From Naegleria gruberi (taxonomy: Eukaryota): a stretch of DNA of 64,000 nucleotides. Made by a program: the position numbers and the translations under genes. Below are positions 32,691 to 44,182 of the stretch, piece after piece; position 1 is the first letter of the stretch, and each line of letters opens with the position of its first letter. The notes below the pieces were generated by a model. It was given only the letters and a program-made list of their open reading frames with translations, was not told where the DNA came from and ran no database searches. The stretch lies in NCBI GenBank assembly GCA_000004985.1, contig GG738918.1; one strand, written 5' to 3'.

Positions 32691-34002
32691 ATGTTAAACT
32701 TGTTGTCATCCTCCAAGTCATCATCAAAATCATCAAAATCGTCAGCATCTTCCTATTATGCACCAGCTTCTTCGGGAGCTGCTGGGGAAATGTATAGTCC
32801 CATTCATCAATTTGTTGCCGCATCGTGTAAGAATATTTTAATTTGTGGATGTGGTGGAGGCTTTGATGTTTATTCGGGTTTGTATTTTGCTGATCATCAT
32901 TCTGATTATTAATCGTGATTGTATTTAATTGTATTTAATTGTATTTAATTTGGAATCTTGATGATCGGGTGTTTGATTTTGACAAATAGGATTGCCATTG
33001 TATTTTGATTTCAAGGCCATGGGAAAGAATGTTTATTTGGCTAATTTGGCGTTTACTGATGTATCAAGTAGGTATTTATGATTTCTCTTAAATGTCAAAC
33101 TTCGAAGGAATGGATAAAAAGACTGAAAATATTGAACTTCCTTCTTATAAAGGAAAGAATACATTGTTTGCAGTGAATGCAGAGTCAGATAATCATGATT
33201 TGGAATACTTCCCTGAAAAGTATTTGTGTGAATATTTGAAAAAGGAGCATATTGAAGAGAATCCAATTGTTTATACCTTTTCAAGAGAAACTGGTGTTGT
33301 TGGAATAACTGAAGGATATGAAATTATCATCAAGAGACATGATATCGATATGATGATTATTGTGGACGGAGGAAATGATGTCATGATGAGGGTATGTCTA
33401 TTGAATTCAATGTTGAAACTAATGTGAAATTATAGGGAAATGAAACTGGATTAGGATCTCCACAGGAAGATTCAATGAGTGTTGTTGGAGCTTATGGAAT
33501 TTCCACTAGTGTGCTCCCAATGGAGAGAAGAATTGTAACTTGCATTGGATTTGGAGTGGATCATTATCATGGAGTGAATAGTTGCTTATTCTTTGAAAAT
33601 ACTAGTGAAATAATTACCAAGTTTGATAATGGATTTTTAGGAGTATGTTCTGTGGTGAGAGAGTGGAATTGTTTCAAACAATTTAAAAAGTCATGCCAAT
33701 ATACTTTCAATATTATGAAGAAAGCTCCCTCCATTGTTAGTAGTTGTATCATTGCTGCTATTGAAGGTCAATATGGAAATTATCATCCTCCAGAAATCAA
33801 GTCACGTACCTCTGGATCAACCTTGTATATTAATCCAATGATGAGCATGTATTGGTTCTATTCCTTGAATTCTATTGCTAATCAATTGTTGTATAAAAAA
33901 TTTATTGAAACCTCAAAGAGTATGGAAGATTTGAATAGAGGTTTGAGGACTTATAGAAATAATTTAAAGACTATGAGAAAACCAAGTCCTTTCCCTCATT
34001 AA
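32691..34002 (+). CDS. DUF1152-like protein, tentative family assignment, built from 4 exons with 40-44-nt mini-introns
   Basis: Exons are about 32691..32877, 32990..33067, 33108..33391 and 33436..34002, with donors GTTTGT/GTAGGT/GTATGT. The glycine-rich motif ILICGCGGGFDVYSGL lies near the N-terminus, and IIVDGGNDVMMRGNETGLGSPQED lies in the middle. The assembled protein is about 371 aa. Confidence 0.5.
32921..32955 (+). repeat. 3x tandem 11-bp repeat (GTATTTAATT-type) inside intron 1 of the DUF1152-like gene
   Basis: The sequence shows attgtatttaattgtatttaattgtatttaatt. Confidence 0.7.
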
Positions 34003-34353
34003 ATTGTTTCACCAATTTGATTTTCTTCAATATATAATGTTTTTAATTAAATCAGCCTCTTGAACTCCAAACTGAGTTGTTTCTGGAAACTCACAATAAT
34101 CTGAAATATTTGATGCGATAATTATCTCGGAAGTTACTGAACTAAGAAGCAGTTGTTATTAGACTATTGCAAGGAGAGATTTCAAATTCATACCGTGTTA
34201 AACAAGCGAGGAATTAACAGGATAACTAGAAAATTGAAATGTTTAAAAAGTGCCTTATTTGTGCGAAAGGAGACAATAAAGTTCTTAGGTTGGCTGATCA
34301 GGTTCAGTAAATCGATAATGTAGGATATTTAATTACATAATTTTAAAATCAAT

Positions 34354-37300
34354 TTAGTTTTGAGTTATTGTTGAATCTAGATTATAAACAGGTTGTGAAT
34401 TAGGAAATTCAGTGTTGAGTGTTGTTGGTGGTGATGATTGTATTACTCCTTTACCTCTATTTTGCAGTAATGTTTGAATATCAGAGCATAAGTTTTCAAA
34501 ATAAGGAGAAGGTGTCCTCAAGTATCTTTTCAGTAAATTGATTGCTCGCAAATCACTAGCCAAAATTTCATAATAATCAATTGGTCCTATTTTACCATCG
34601 AGTGAAATTATTCCATTTGTAAAGTTTGATCTCTGTCCTGCCTCAATAGCTCTGACAATATGATAGTGGACTCTGGCACCAAGTGCAACATATCCCATCA
34701 TGTCAACAGATGAAAATCTATATAAACATGTTAATATTTCTTTAAATGTTTTGAAAATACTTACGCATAGAGTTGGGAGTAGGTTGTATAGGTAATTTTA
34801 AGCGCTGATTCTTCTATGAGATCCTTTCTTTCTCCAGCTTTAGTCAAAATTGCAATCTTTAATCCGTTAGTCATGAGAATATAAACAAGGTCAATTCTTC
34901 TCAAGTCCTTAATATCAACTGGTTTGGCAAGATTGTCTGTTTGGACGTGTAACAGTTTGAAGAGTGTCTCTACAACATCTAGTGTTTCTTGATAATTACT
35001 AGATGTAATTTCTTGATTTACAATATTTTGGAACTCTGGTGGAAGACTTTGACCAGTAGAAAGGGAATATAATTGTGGAATTTGCTTGATTACGTCCATT
35101 ACATTTCCTGTAAAATCGTTCAATAATCTGTTACTGACACTAGTTTTAGCAAAGGCATGATATCTTTTAAGAATTTGTTGTTTTTCATCGAGCTGGTCAG
35201 TTGGAATATCTTGTAAGTGATAATCAACAAGTTTGAGGAAAAAGTTAGCAGTCTTAATGTCATGATTCAAAGACTCCACATAGGACATAAAGCAATACGA
35301 ACAAGCAACATAGAAATTAGAATAATCAGTAAAAACTGTTGATAAAGCTTGCCTTGCTTCCTGAACAGCTTTGACTCCACTCTCCACAGAACCAACTCTA
35401 TATTCACACAATGCTCTAATTGCCATAAAGAGAACTTCCATTTCCTTCTTATTTGGTGTTCCTACAGGACAGGCATCACTCAAGTAAAATTCCATTTCAG
35501 ATCTATCAATTAATGGAAAATCTGGACATAAATATGTAAAGTACAAATCCAAAACTTTTGTCTTGACCAATAAATTAACAGATTGTGATGGTTGTGAACT
35601 TTTGTTGCTAACACTCTTATTCTTCTTCTTTTTCTTCTTCTTTGGTAATGGTTGAGAAGTGTTTCTCTTTGGTGTTCTATAGGTACATTCCACACCTCTG
35701 GAAACACATTTGGTACAAGCTGGCAATTTCTTGTCACACTAATTAATTCATTAGAAATTAAACAATTATTAAGCTGAAACAAACCTTTTTGTGTAGAGAT
35801 CTACATTGCACACAGGCAATTGGGTGATATTCACAATCGTCATCTTCATTTTCCTCTTCATCGTCATCATCTTCATCCTCTTCATCATTAAATGTTTCCG
35901 CTGATGAGAATGGTTCGATTTCTCTAGGTATTCCACTAGCAGGGCTGTTCATATTACCATTGGTGTTGTTGTTATTAGTATTATACATTAATGATGGAGC
36001 ATTTCCAGAACTGCTATTACTATTACTGAAATTTTGTTGTGGAGCTGGTGTAAAATTATGTATGATTTGTTGTTGATTATTCATTATTGGTTGAGGTTGA
36101 TAGGAACTTTGTTGGAATGTTGATTGAGGAGTATTCGTGACTTTGGTGCCATTACTAGTAAATGTATTACCATTATAATATTGGAATTGATAAGTTTGTG
36201 GAGTATTACTATTAGATTGTCTTCCTCGCTTCTTTTGATTAGGAGTATGTTGATGGAATTGGAATTGAATATTTCCCTGTTGATGATCCATTGAAAGATT
36301 AGGAGAAGCACTCGTCACATTGTGATGATTTGATGAGCTCATTGGTTGATTGCTATACATTACATTATTCTGTTGATGTGGCTGCTGTTGATGTTGATAT
36401 CCATTATCTATCACACCACCATTATTATATTGTGTTTGTTGACTATTATAATTGAACCCATTAGTACTAGATGAATGATTGGAAGGAGATGGTGTTGTGT
36501 GAGGATCTGGTTTCATCATCATGCCAGATAATCCCATGTTGGTAGAATTTTGCTTTAAACCATACGGACCAGCTGTTGTTGTTGTATTGTTATTACTAGT
36601 ACTCTGATTATTCATCATCATTGTTGCACTATAATTAAAGTGTTGTTGTTGTTGTTGCTGTTGTGGATACAAATTGTTATTGCTGCTGCCATTATACAAC
36701 AGAGGTGGAGATGATGACAATGTTCCTGCGGAGGATGGATGAATGGATGTTGCTGCAGCAGCTGAGGATTGTTGAGGAGGAGTAGAGCCAACCATCATCA
36801 TGTTGCTTGCTTTGTTTGTTTGAGAAGATAATGGATTCAAAGATAACATATGATGATGAGTATTCGGAACGAGAGGTGGAGATGAAGTGTTATGTTGTGG
36901 GAGATTTTGAACATTTCCATTGTTGTAATTATTGCTTTGCATCAGGGAATGTTGTGAAGAGTGATTATGATGGAGAGGAGGTTGATGATGAGAATTCATG
37001 TTATTATTATTATTTGATGATAATGATGTATTATTATTACTAATGGTGCTACTGCTATTATTATGATGTTGACCACTATTAAAAGAATTTGAATTTAAAC
37101 TATTCATAATATAATTATTTGCTTCGGAAGGTGATGACCTTGTCCCTCCTCCTACTGTTGAATTCATACCAGTAATATTATTATTATTATTATTCATCAC
37201 TATTTGATTATTATTCGTATTCGTATTGATATTCATATTCGATGAACCATCACCAGCCATCAACGATAACAATGATGATCCAGGCGATGCCGATGTATTA

Positions 37301-38196
37301 TTATTATTATGAAAATTTAAATCGCTAATACCAGTATTACTGTTTCCCGCGCTCTTATTATTTACTGTAGCTAAATCAATTTCCGTTGCACCACCAACAC
37401 TTATCTTGAGAGAGTTGTTGTTTGCTTCTTCCAGATGCTGATAATTGTGATTGTGATTATTATTGTCGGGAATCACTGCGACACTTCCTCTATGATTGCC
37501 GCTACAATTGGTCAAAGATGATGAAGTGATGATATTTGTTTTGAAAAGTTGTTGTTGTGGTGGTTGTTGTGGTTGGACATGCTTGATGATGTTATGACCA
37601 CCACCAATTAACAAACTATCACATGAAGTTGAAGGTAATGTAGCAGCGCTGCTCATGAATATCATGTTGCTATCTGAATCTATTTCGTCATTGTTTCGAA
37701 TATAATTGGTTGAGGTTGTTAATAGGACAGAATCGAGATCTGTAGAAATGGAATTGGAAGAAACTGTAGCTGGATTGACTAATGTGTAAAGTTCAAAGCT
37801 CGTTGGATTATTGGATGAAGAGGAATTGTGAATTAATTGTTGTTGAATTAAGTGTTGGAGAAAGGAAGAAGTTTGAGAAGGATTCGAATTTTGATTATTC
37901 GAAACTGAATTTAACACATGTTGCTGAGCTTGTGAAGAATTCATTCCTGCTGATGAATGACGAGTATTGTTATTATTATTACTGGAAAGAATTAAATTCA
38001 ATAAGCTTGAAGTATTAGAAACAGATGCTCCACTTTTTCTTTCTGATAATTCAGACGAAACCATTTCTTCCTCATCTCCTACATGATCTTGCTGATTACA
38101 ATTGAAAGAAGAGGAATAAATAGCTTGTTGAGCATTTTGTGAAAGAAACAAATTTGAGATATTGCTGTCATCAATCAAAGGAATGTTTCCTTCCAA
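34354..38196 (-). CDS. Zn(2)-Cys(6) (GAL4-type) zinc-cluster transcription factor with a roughly 800-aa N/Q/S/H-rich low-complexity N-terminal region
   Basis: Three exons, about 35785..38196, 34765..35738 and 34354..34717, separated by 46-nt and 47-nt introns (GTTTGT/GTAAGT). The zinc cluster spans the first intron: ACVQCRSLHKK | CDKKLPACTKCVSRGVECTY. The track start at 38196 is a TTG codon. The frame stays open upstream to 38338 without an ATG, so the 5' end is unresolved. Confidence 0.65.
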
Positions 38197-39907
38197 TTCT
38201 GATGTGGAAAATTGTGGTTGGACATCAGAAGAAATCGGGAGTTCATGTTGTTGATTGTTTGAAAGTGATTGTGATGATGTAGTTGATGTTAAAACAATGT
38301 TTAAATCTAAGTGAATTCGAATTATTTCGAATAGAGATTAGTTTGGAATGCATGGATTGAAAAGTAAGTGTTACTACTACTACATGTGTTGTAGAATGGA
38401 AAACATACCAGTCTTATTATTTTTCAACATGTTGATAGAATTATTACTGTCAGTTGTCAATGTTGAAGTGTTATTTGATGGTAAGGATGAAGAATTGTTA
38501 TTCATTCCCTATTATCAATCTTTCCGAAACTTATTTCCTTCTGAAAAGTCAAGGCAACACTTTCTAGTTCTCTTTCTTTCGAATAACTGTTCAATAGAAG
38601 GCAATTCTTATCCGTGTGCACAATCTTACTATTCGATTGACCTGTTTTTTAATTTTTAACTTCAATAGAACGTTCAAACTCAAACAAAATCTCCAAACAA
38701 TTGTTTATTTCCCACACTAGAATAAAGAAACTAAACTAAACTTATTGGCTAACATGAAAGTAACACTGAAGAATGTTTCTGGTAACAGTACCACTTCTTG
38801 TCTTCAGTTTGCATATTCAATTCACTTAATATTCTGTCCGACTTGTAAGCGCACTTATTAAAAGGTATGATTAGTGACATTCTATGATTGCGAAATGAGC
38901 TTGATTTTCGGTAACTGGTACGTCTAAGATAATGTAAGATAATTTTAGGGGCTATCTATTTAGCAAATCCCAATCACCAAGTCAAGGTCAATTGTCAAGT
39001 TTAGTGATTAAACCCGGGCTTGTGAAGGCTCCTCAATTTTTGCGAGTTGTGATTTTCCAAATTCAAATGTGATTTCGTTTTTAAAATTAAGAGAATGATG
39101 GGAATCAACTGGTAGAAACGTGAAATTTCGAATATAATGAAACGGTTAATGGGAAGGTTTCGTAATCAGTGACCGAAAGTGAGGAAGAAATATGGTAAGA
39201 TTGGCTAGTAATGGCAATGGTAAGGGTTTGTCCTCATTATGTTGTTGGAAATGGTGTCGAGTAACGATGCATTGTTTATGGTTTCGTTTCAAATAAGAAA
39301 GGAGTAACAAGGTTGCTATCTGATAGTCAAATTAAATGAATTACTAGGTGGGTAGTTGATTGAACAGTTGAAATTCAACATTGGGAAATATCTACTAATT
39401 GAGATTATTCGAATACTTTCCAAAAGTTTAGCAAGGTTTCGAATAATGTTTTCGGGTTGCAATTTGTCATTGATTCAGTTTTGTCTCAATTAGTCCATCT
39501 TAATTTCAGTCATGCGGCCTTCGTATTGATGCTGTATAACCTAAACCATAGAATTTCGTTTTGGTCATTAAATTTTTAAACTCTTCAATAAGTTGATAGA
39601 GAGCTACAAAACATGTTGAATGTTGCAATCATCATAAATGGTCATGGAAACCATCTTTCAAAAAATTACTTTCTAGTGTGCAAGTTGTCAATAAATGTTT
39701 CTATTATCCCATGTTTCGTACACTAGTACTATCCACACTGTTATTCGAATCTTCTACTAGCGGATTGTTATTATCTGTGAGATTTGGGTATTAGGTGAAT
39801 TTACAGAAATTTACATTGACTTGCAGTTATTCCTCATCACCCTTAATATTGGTACATGTAATGAGGTTGTAGATGAGATTATTGACTAATCAAATAAAGT
39901 TCACCAA

Positions 39908-41677
39908 TTACATGAATAGACAAGACTTTTTGGTTGGAACCTTTGGTGGTGTTTTCTGAACAAACGCTTTGGCAAAATCTTCAGTTGTGAGAACAATTTC
40001 CTCTGGAAGCTTTTCAGGAATATTCTGAATATCATATCTTGGAGCAATTTCAGCCAAATATCTCAATAGGGCGAACATTTTGTACCTGTAACAAATGTCC
40101 ACTGCTGTTTCTCCTTGATTATTTGTAATGTTGAAATTTAAAAAGTATTTCCTTTCGGCAACAGTTGGTAATTTGTCTAGTATTGCTATAATCGATTTCA
40201 ATTTTGAAATTTGTCCGAATTGAGCATAGTAGTGAGCTACCGTTAATCCATCTCGGTCTTGAGCATTGAAATGAACCAAATGTTCCATCATCTTGGTGAT
40301 TATTGATGTCTTTTCTTTTGTAACTATTATAAATGTTGAGTTTCTGCCATCCAATCTGTTATTTGCTGCAAACAAATGATTCAAAATGCGAGTTGTATCC
40401 TCCACATTGTTAGTATCCTGATTGTAAAACGTAAAATAATCAAATATGAAATCAATTACATGACGCATATCACCACTGATCGCCATGTGAAGAATATTAA
40501 ACCCTTGAATGTCCTTTAGATCTGTATCTAGTCCAAAAGGTGAATATACTTGAAAGAATTTGACAAGTGAAGGAATTATATTGTTGTGAAAATGCTCAAA
40601 TTCTTGCATATTTTTGATCTTTCTCTGTTGATAAGCTTTCAATCTGGTTTTCCTCAATGAAAAATTACTTGACAAGTAGGAAAAATAATAATCTACAACT
40701 TCCTCATATTTCGAATAAACCAACATTTTGGAGGCAATCACCGAGCAAGGCAAATTAAACTTGACATTAGGTACCAGCTTTTTGAATATTGGCAGATTAT
40801 CAAAGGATGTCAAAGGAATTAGAGTATCGTAATAGGCAGACTCCAAATTTTCAATGGATGAAATCAGACCCATCAATTCAAAAGGTAGTATTAGATCAAT
40901 ACTCATAGTATTAAAACCTGTAAGACATGTGCATTCGTAACAACTAATATTCTTCAATTTTGATTCTTTCATTTTTTCAAGCAAAATTGTAAAGGAAGAT
41001 TCAAGTTTTGATTTGGATTCGAATTTCACATTCAAAATCCGTGCAGGATCCATAAAATATAAATATTGCTGATGTGTAATAACATCCGCATTTTCACTAT
41101 ACAGAATCTTTCTTGACATATTTGAAAAATCAACAGTACACTGAACAAACTTGATACTCTCCACCTCTTTTCCCCATTCCACAAAAATCAAATACAACAA
41201 TGCAGCATTCAATTCTAAATTCCTAAAAGTAATTGATCTCAATTTGTTAAAATTCATCAAGACATTCCTCAAAAATCCAAACATGACATAACTCATGGCA
41301 TTGCTACCGTAATTTTTCACAAATAATTCATCTTCATACTGTTCCGGAAGTCCCACTCTACTCGCATAATCTTTCAAATTAAATTTCAACATATTGAGAA
41401 CAACCAAAGATGAATTCTGATCCCAAAACAATTCAGTACAATCCTCCTTCATACACTCCTCACATAATTCCTTCCAGTGTGATGAAACCCTCTTGAGTTG
41501 AAATAAATAGGGAATTGGTGGAAGAAACGAGAGAATAAATTGGAAAACATCCAAACCGACACGATTCATAAATTCCGACCATAATTTAATTTCCTGATGA
41601 TGATCATCATTAGGAATTGATGAAATTTCTGGCGCGTGCGGGAATTGATCTGTTTCGTGATCTTGGGGTGGCGACAT
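39908..41677 (-). CDS. F-box / ankyrin-repeat protein
   Basis: The N-terminal F-box-like segment is GLDVFQFILSFLPPIPYLFQLKRVSSHWKELC. C-terminal ankyrin repeats include GFNILHMAISGD..., DGLTVAHYYAQFGQISKLKSII and QGETAVDICYRYKMFALLRYL. Confidence 0.6.
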   Translation of the reverse strand: MSPPQDHETDQFPHAPEISSIPNDDHHQEIKLWSEFMNRVGLDVFQFILSFLPPIPYLFQLKRVSSHWKELCEECMKEDCTELFWDQNSSLVVLNMLKFNLKDYASRVGLPEQYEDELFVKNYGSNAMSYVMFGFLRNVLMNFNKLRSITFRNLELNAALLYLIFVEWGKEVESIKFVQCTVDFSNMSRKILYSENADVITHQQYLYFMDPARILNVKFESKSKLESSFTILLEKMKESKLKNISCYECTCLTGFNTMSIDLILPFELMGLISSIENLESAYYDTLIPLTSFDNLPIFKKLVPNVKFNLPCSVIASKMLVYSKYEEVVDYYFSYLSSNFSLRKTRLKAYQQRKIKNMQEFEHFHNNIIPSLVKFFQVYSPFGLDTDLKDIQGFNILHMAISGDMRHVIDFIFDYFTFYNQDTNNVEDTTRILNHLFAANNRLDGRNSTFIIVTKEKTSIITKMMEHLVHFNAQDRDGLTVAHYYAQFGQISKLKSIIAILDKLPTVAERKYFLNFNITNNQGETAVDICYRYKMFALLRYLAEIAPRYDIQNIPEKLPEEIVLTTEDFAKAFVQKTPPKVPTKKSCLFM

Positions 41678-41960
41678 TTTTTTTTCTTAATTTTTTTTTT
41701 AATTTCCCTCGCAAAATGTTTAATTTTTTGTAAACTATTTAATGAAATAGTTGAAAACAGGTAGTGAAAGTTTTGGTAAGTGAAAGTTTATTTTTGATTG
41801 GAGATATAGGTTTCTAATATTCAAAATAAGTCAATGACTAGTGTTGATGTCTGTTTCCTTGAAAATTGTTAATGGCAATGCTGCAACTATTCGAAAGCTA
41901 TTTAAACAACTTTCGAACTAAACTTCCAACAATAATCAAAACATTAAAAAAAGAAACAAA

Positions 41961-42695
41961 ATGATCATGCAAGAATTTGAACCAAGAAGAAGAATTTCAT
42001 CTCCAAAAACATTCACAAATGTTGAAAATCAACCAATTAGCAATCGTTCACTTTCGAATAGTACTTCCACATTTGAAATTCCAATTGCAAAGAGAACAAT
42101 TCCATTCCCATATTTAAAAAGAAAGTCCATTAGAGTTGATTGGGTTCTGAAACAGCAAAAACTCGAACAACAAAAGAAGAATCACAAGAAATTATTAGAA
42201 ACATTGAGAAATGAAAATAATGTGTTAGAAACTGAAAATTTAACATTGAAAGGAAGAATTTTGCAAATGGAATTTATTCTTCAACAATTGAAAGGGGTTT
42301 CTTCTAAGAAATCAGAAAAGATTTCATTCAAAAATCAAAGCTGCCAATCAATTAAAGAGTCAACTCAACCAAAAAAGGAATCTAACAACAAGAAGGATTC
42401 AATTATTCAATGCTCCAAATGCAACAAGTGTCTTTCCTCCAAATACTTTAAATATCACAGTAGAATTTGTGGAAATACTCAGCTCGAACGTTTGCTCTCT
42501 GAAAAGGATTTGAAAACTTTACAATCAATTAGAAAGAATCAAAAATCAGCTCAAATTGTAAACAAACCAAAGAATAATTGGAGAATTAAGAGAGGAGAGT
42601 TCTTGGAGAAGATTAGGTTGGCTCAAAAGAAAACTTCCTCGAAGTGCATTATTTTCTATAGACCAAATTTTAGAAGGGCAAATCTAAATCAATAA
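41961..42695 (+). CDS. Coiled-coil protein with a C-terminal UBZ4-type (Rad18-like CCHC) zinc finger
   Basis: The heptad-rich segment is KLEQQKKNHKKLLETLRNENNVLETENLTLKGRILQMEFILQQLKG. CSKCNKCLSSKYFKYHSRICG fits C-x2-C-x9-H-x3-C. Confidence 0.5.
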   Translation: MIMQEFEPRRRISSPKTFTNVENQPISNRSLSNSTSTFEIPIAKRTIPFPYLKRKSIRVDWVLKQQKLEQQKKNHKKLLETLRNENNVLETENLTLKGRILQMEFILQQLKGVSSKKSEKISFKNQSCQSIKESTQPKKESNNKKDSIIQCSKCNKCLSSKYFKYHSRICGNTQLERLLSEKDLKTLQSIRKNQKSAQIVNKPKNNWRIKRGEFLEKIRLAQKKTSSKCIIFYRPNFRRANLNQ

Positions 42696-42722
42696 ACTTG
42701 TTTTAACGAACAGGTAAAAAGA

Positions 42723-42806
42723 TCCGATGAGACGGAATCGAACCGCCGACCACAGGATAACAATTACAACTACAGTCCCATGCTCTACCAGCTGAGCTAT
42801 CATCGG
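42723..42806 (-). tRNA. tRNA-Tyr (anticodon GUA) with a short intron 3' of the anticodon
   Basis: The reverse complement reads CCGATGATAGCTCAGCTGGTAGAGCATGGGACTGTAG[ttgtaattgttat]CCTGTGGTCGGCGGTTCGATTCCGTCTCATCGGA. It has the eukaryotic tRNA-Tyr acceptor and T-arm, and the intron sits at the canonical 37/38 position. Confidence 0.85.
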
Positions 42807-43140
42807 TTACATTAATTGTATCAAAAGCCTACTTATAAATCTATTCGCCCATTATAGTACATTCTTAATACTTGTCTGTTTTAACAACGCGATTACAGTT
42901 GCTATTTATTAAGGAACAAATCTAAACCGAGGTGACTTAATTCAATGTTGTAAGATTATTGTAATGTCATCCCCAAATTCATCTCTGGAAATTCAAATAA
43001 ATAGAAAAAATTGCCTTAACATCAACAGCTTTCATCACACACCTCGGGGAAAATTGTATTTTATCATCTTCAACACAACTGTATAAATATTAATAATTAT
43101 TATAATTGTAATAATAGAAAAATAGCAATAATAGCAGAAA

Positions 43141-43926
43141 ATGGGCATGGGAATTTCAGTTGATAATTTAAAAGAGGAGAAGTATTTTCGTAAATTTATG
43201 GATTCGCCTCTTAAATGTTTGACCAAGTCGATTTTGAAGAAACGAATCGAGGAAGCAAAGAAAGATCCCTCCCGAGCTTTACCTGTGAATGATGAAATTA
43301 ACATGTTGGATTTATTGAGTGAATTGCCATCAGTTGCTGAGAGAGCTCAGGTAGGATTTACAATTCCACTTGGTTATGATGAAATGATTAATTCGTGGAT
43401 TTTACCTAGTTTATTGAAGAAGTGTGTTGTCTTTGATGCCAACAAAACAATTAGTGTTGAAAAGACGAGGGATGAAACTCAAATGGGTTATCAGTGGTAC
43501 TATAAACATTTGGATGCTGTGTGTAGAGTAAAATTGAGAAGGTATGAAATTGTGTTGGATAAGAGTAATGAGGAAGAGAGGGAAATTTGGGAATGGATTT
43601 TACAATTACAAAGAGGAATTAAAGTGGAAGAATTTATTAAGAAATTTGAGGAAAAGTTGGCTAGTGGAGAATATTCAATTGTTTATGAACCTAAAGAATT
43701 CGATTTCCAGGTTGCCTACATTCAAGATCCTAACGGTCCATTTGGAGGTGCATTGTGCTGGGCCATTCATGGATCTTTACATATTAAATCAACAGATCAT
43801 TCTCAAACTGTTGAAACATTGCCAGTGTGCAATATTGCGAAAAACGTCTACCATAAGGCAACATATTTATATTCTAATCAGCAACAATTCGATGCAGCAA
43901 AAAATGGAAAAGATCTTATTGAATAA
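43141..43926 (+). CDS. Hypothetical protein, 261 aa, possibly N-myristoylated
   Basis: The ORF starts cleanly at an ATG with MGMGISVD. No family signature is recognisable. It is conserved-looking, non-repetitive globular sequence. Confidence 0.45.
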   Translation: MGMGISVDNLKEEKYFRKFMDSPLKCLTKSILKKRIEEAKKDPSRALPVNDEINMLDLLSELPSVAERAQVGFTIPLGYDEMINSWILPSLLKKCVVFDANKTISVEKTRDETQMGYQWYYKHLDAVCRVKLRRYEIVLDKSNEEEREIWEWILQLQRGIKVEEFIKKFEEKLASGEYSIVYEPKEFDFQVAYIQDPNGPFGGALCWAIHGSLHIKSTDHSQTVETLPVCNIAKNVYHKATYLYSNQQQFDAAKNGKDLIE

Positions 43927-44182
43927 AATCCTTAATATCAGATGTGCAGTTTGTGGAAACTACGAATTTTAGTGAAGCAGTAATTATGAAAATATATAAG
44001 TGTTTGTTTGAAAATTGATTAATTGTTCTTTACATGCAAGCAAGTTAAACCTTCACTTTCAAATCCTTGCTGCATTAATATACAAGATCCATATGTTGGA
44101 ATTCTTGTGATATTGATGCAAGAATGATCTGAAAGTAAAGTGTTCTCTTGCTAGGTTCATAGCAAACCAAGTAGGTGAATAC

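Noticed and set aside
35900-37300. Long N/Q/H/S homopolymer coding tracts (AAT/CAA/CAT repeats) in the Zn2Cys6 factor that could be mistaken for satellite DNA.
   Set aside because: They are in-frame within a long ORF and typical of dictyostelid proteins. They are treated as a low-complexity coding region, not a genomic repeat family.
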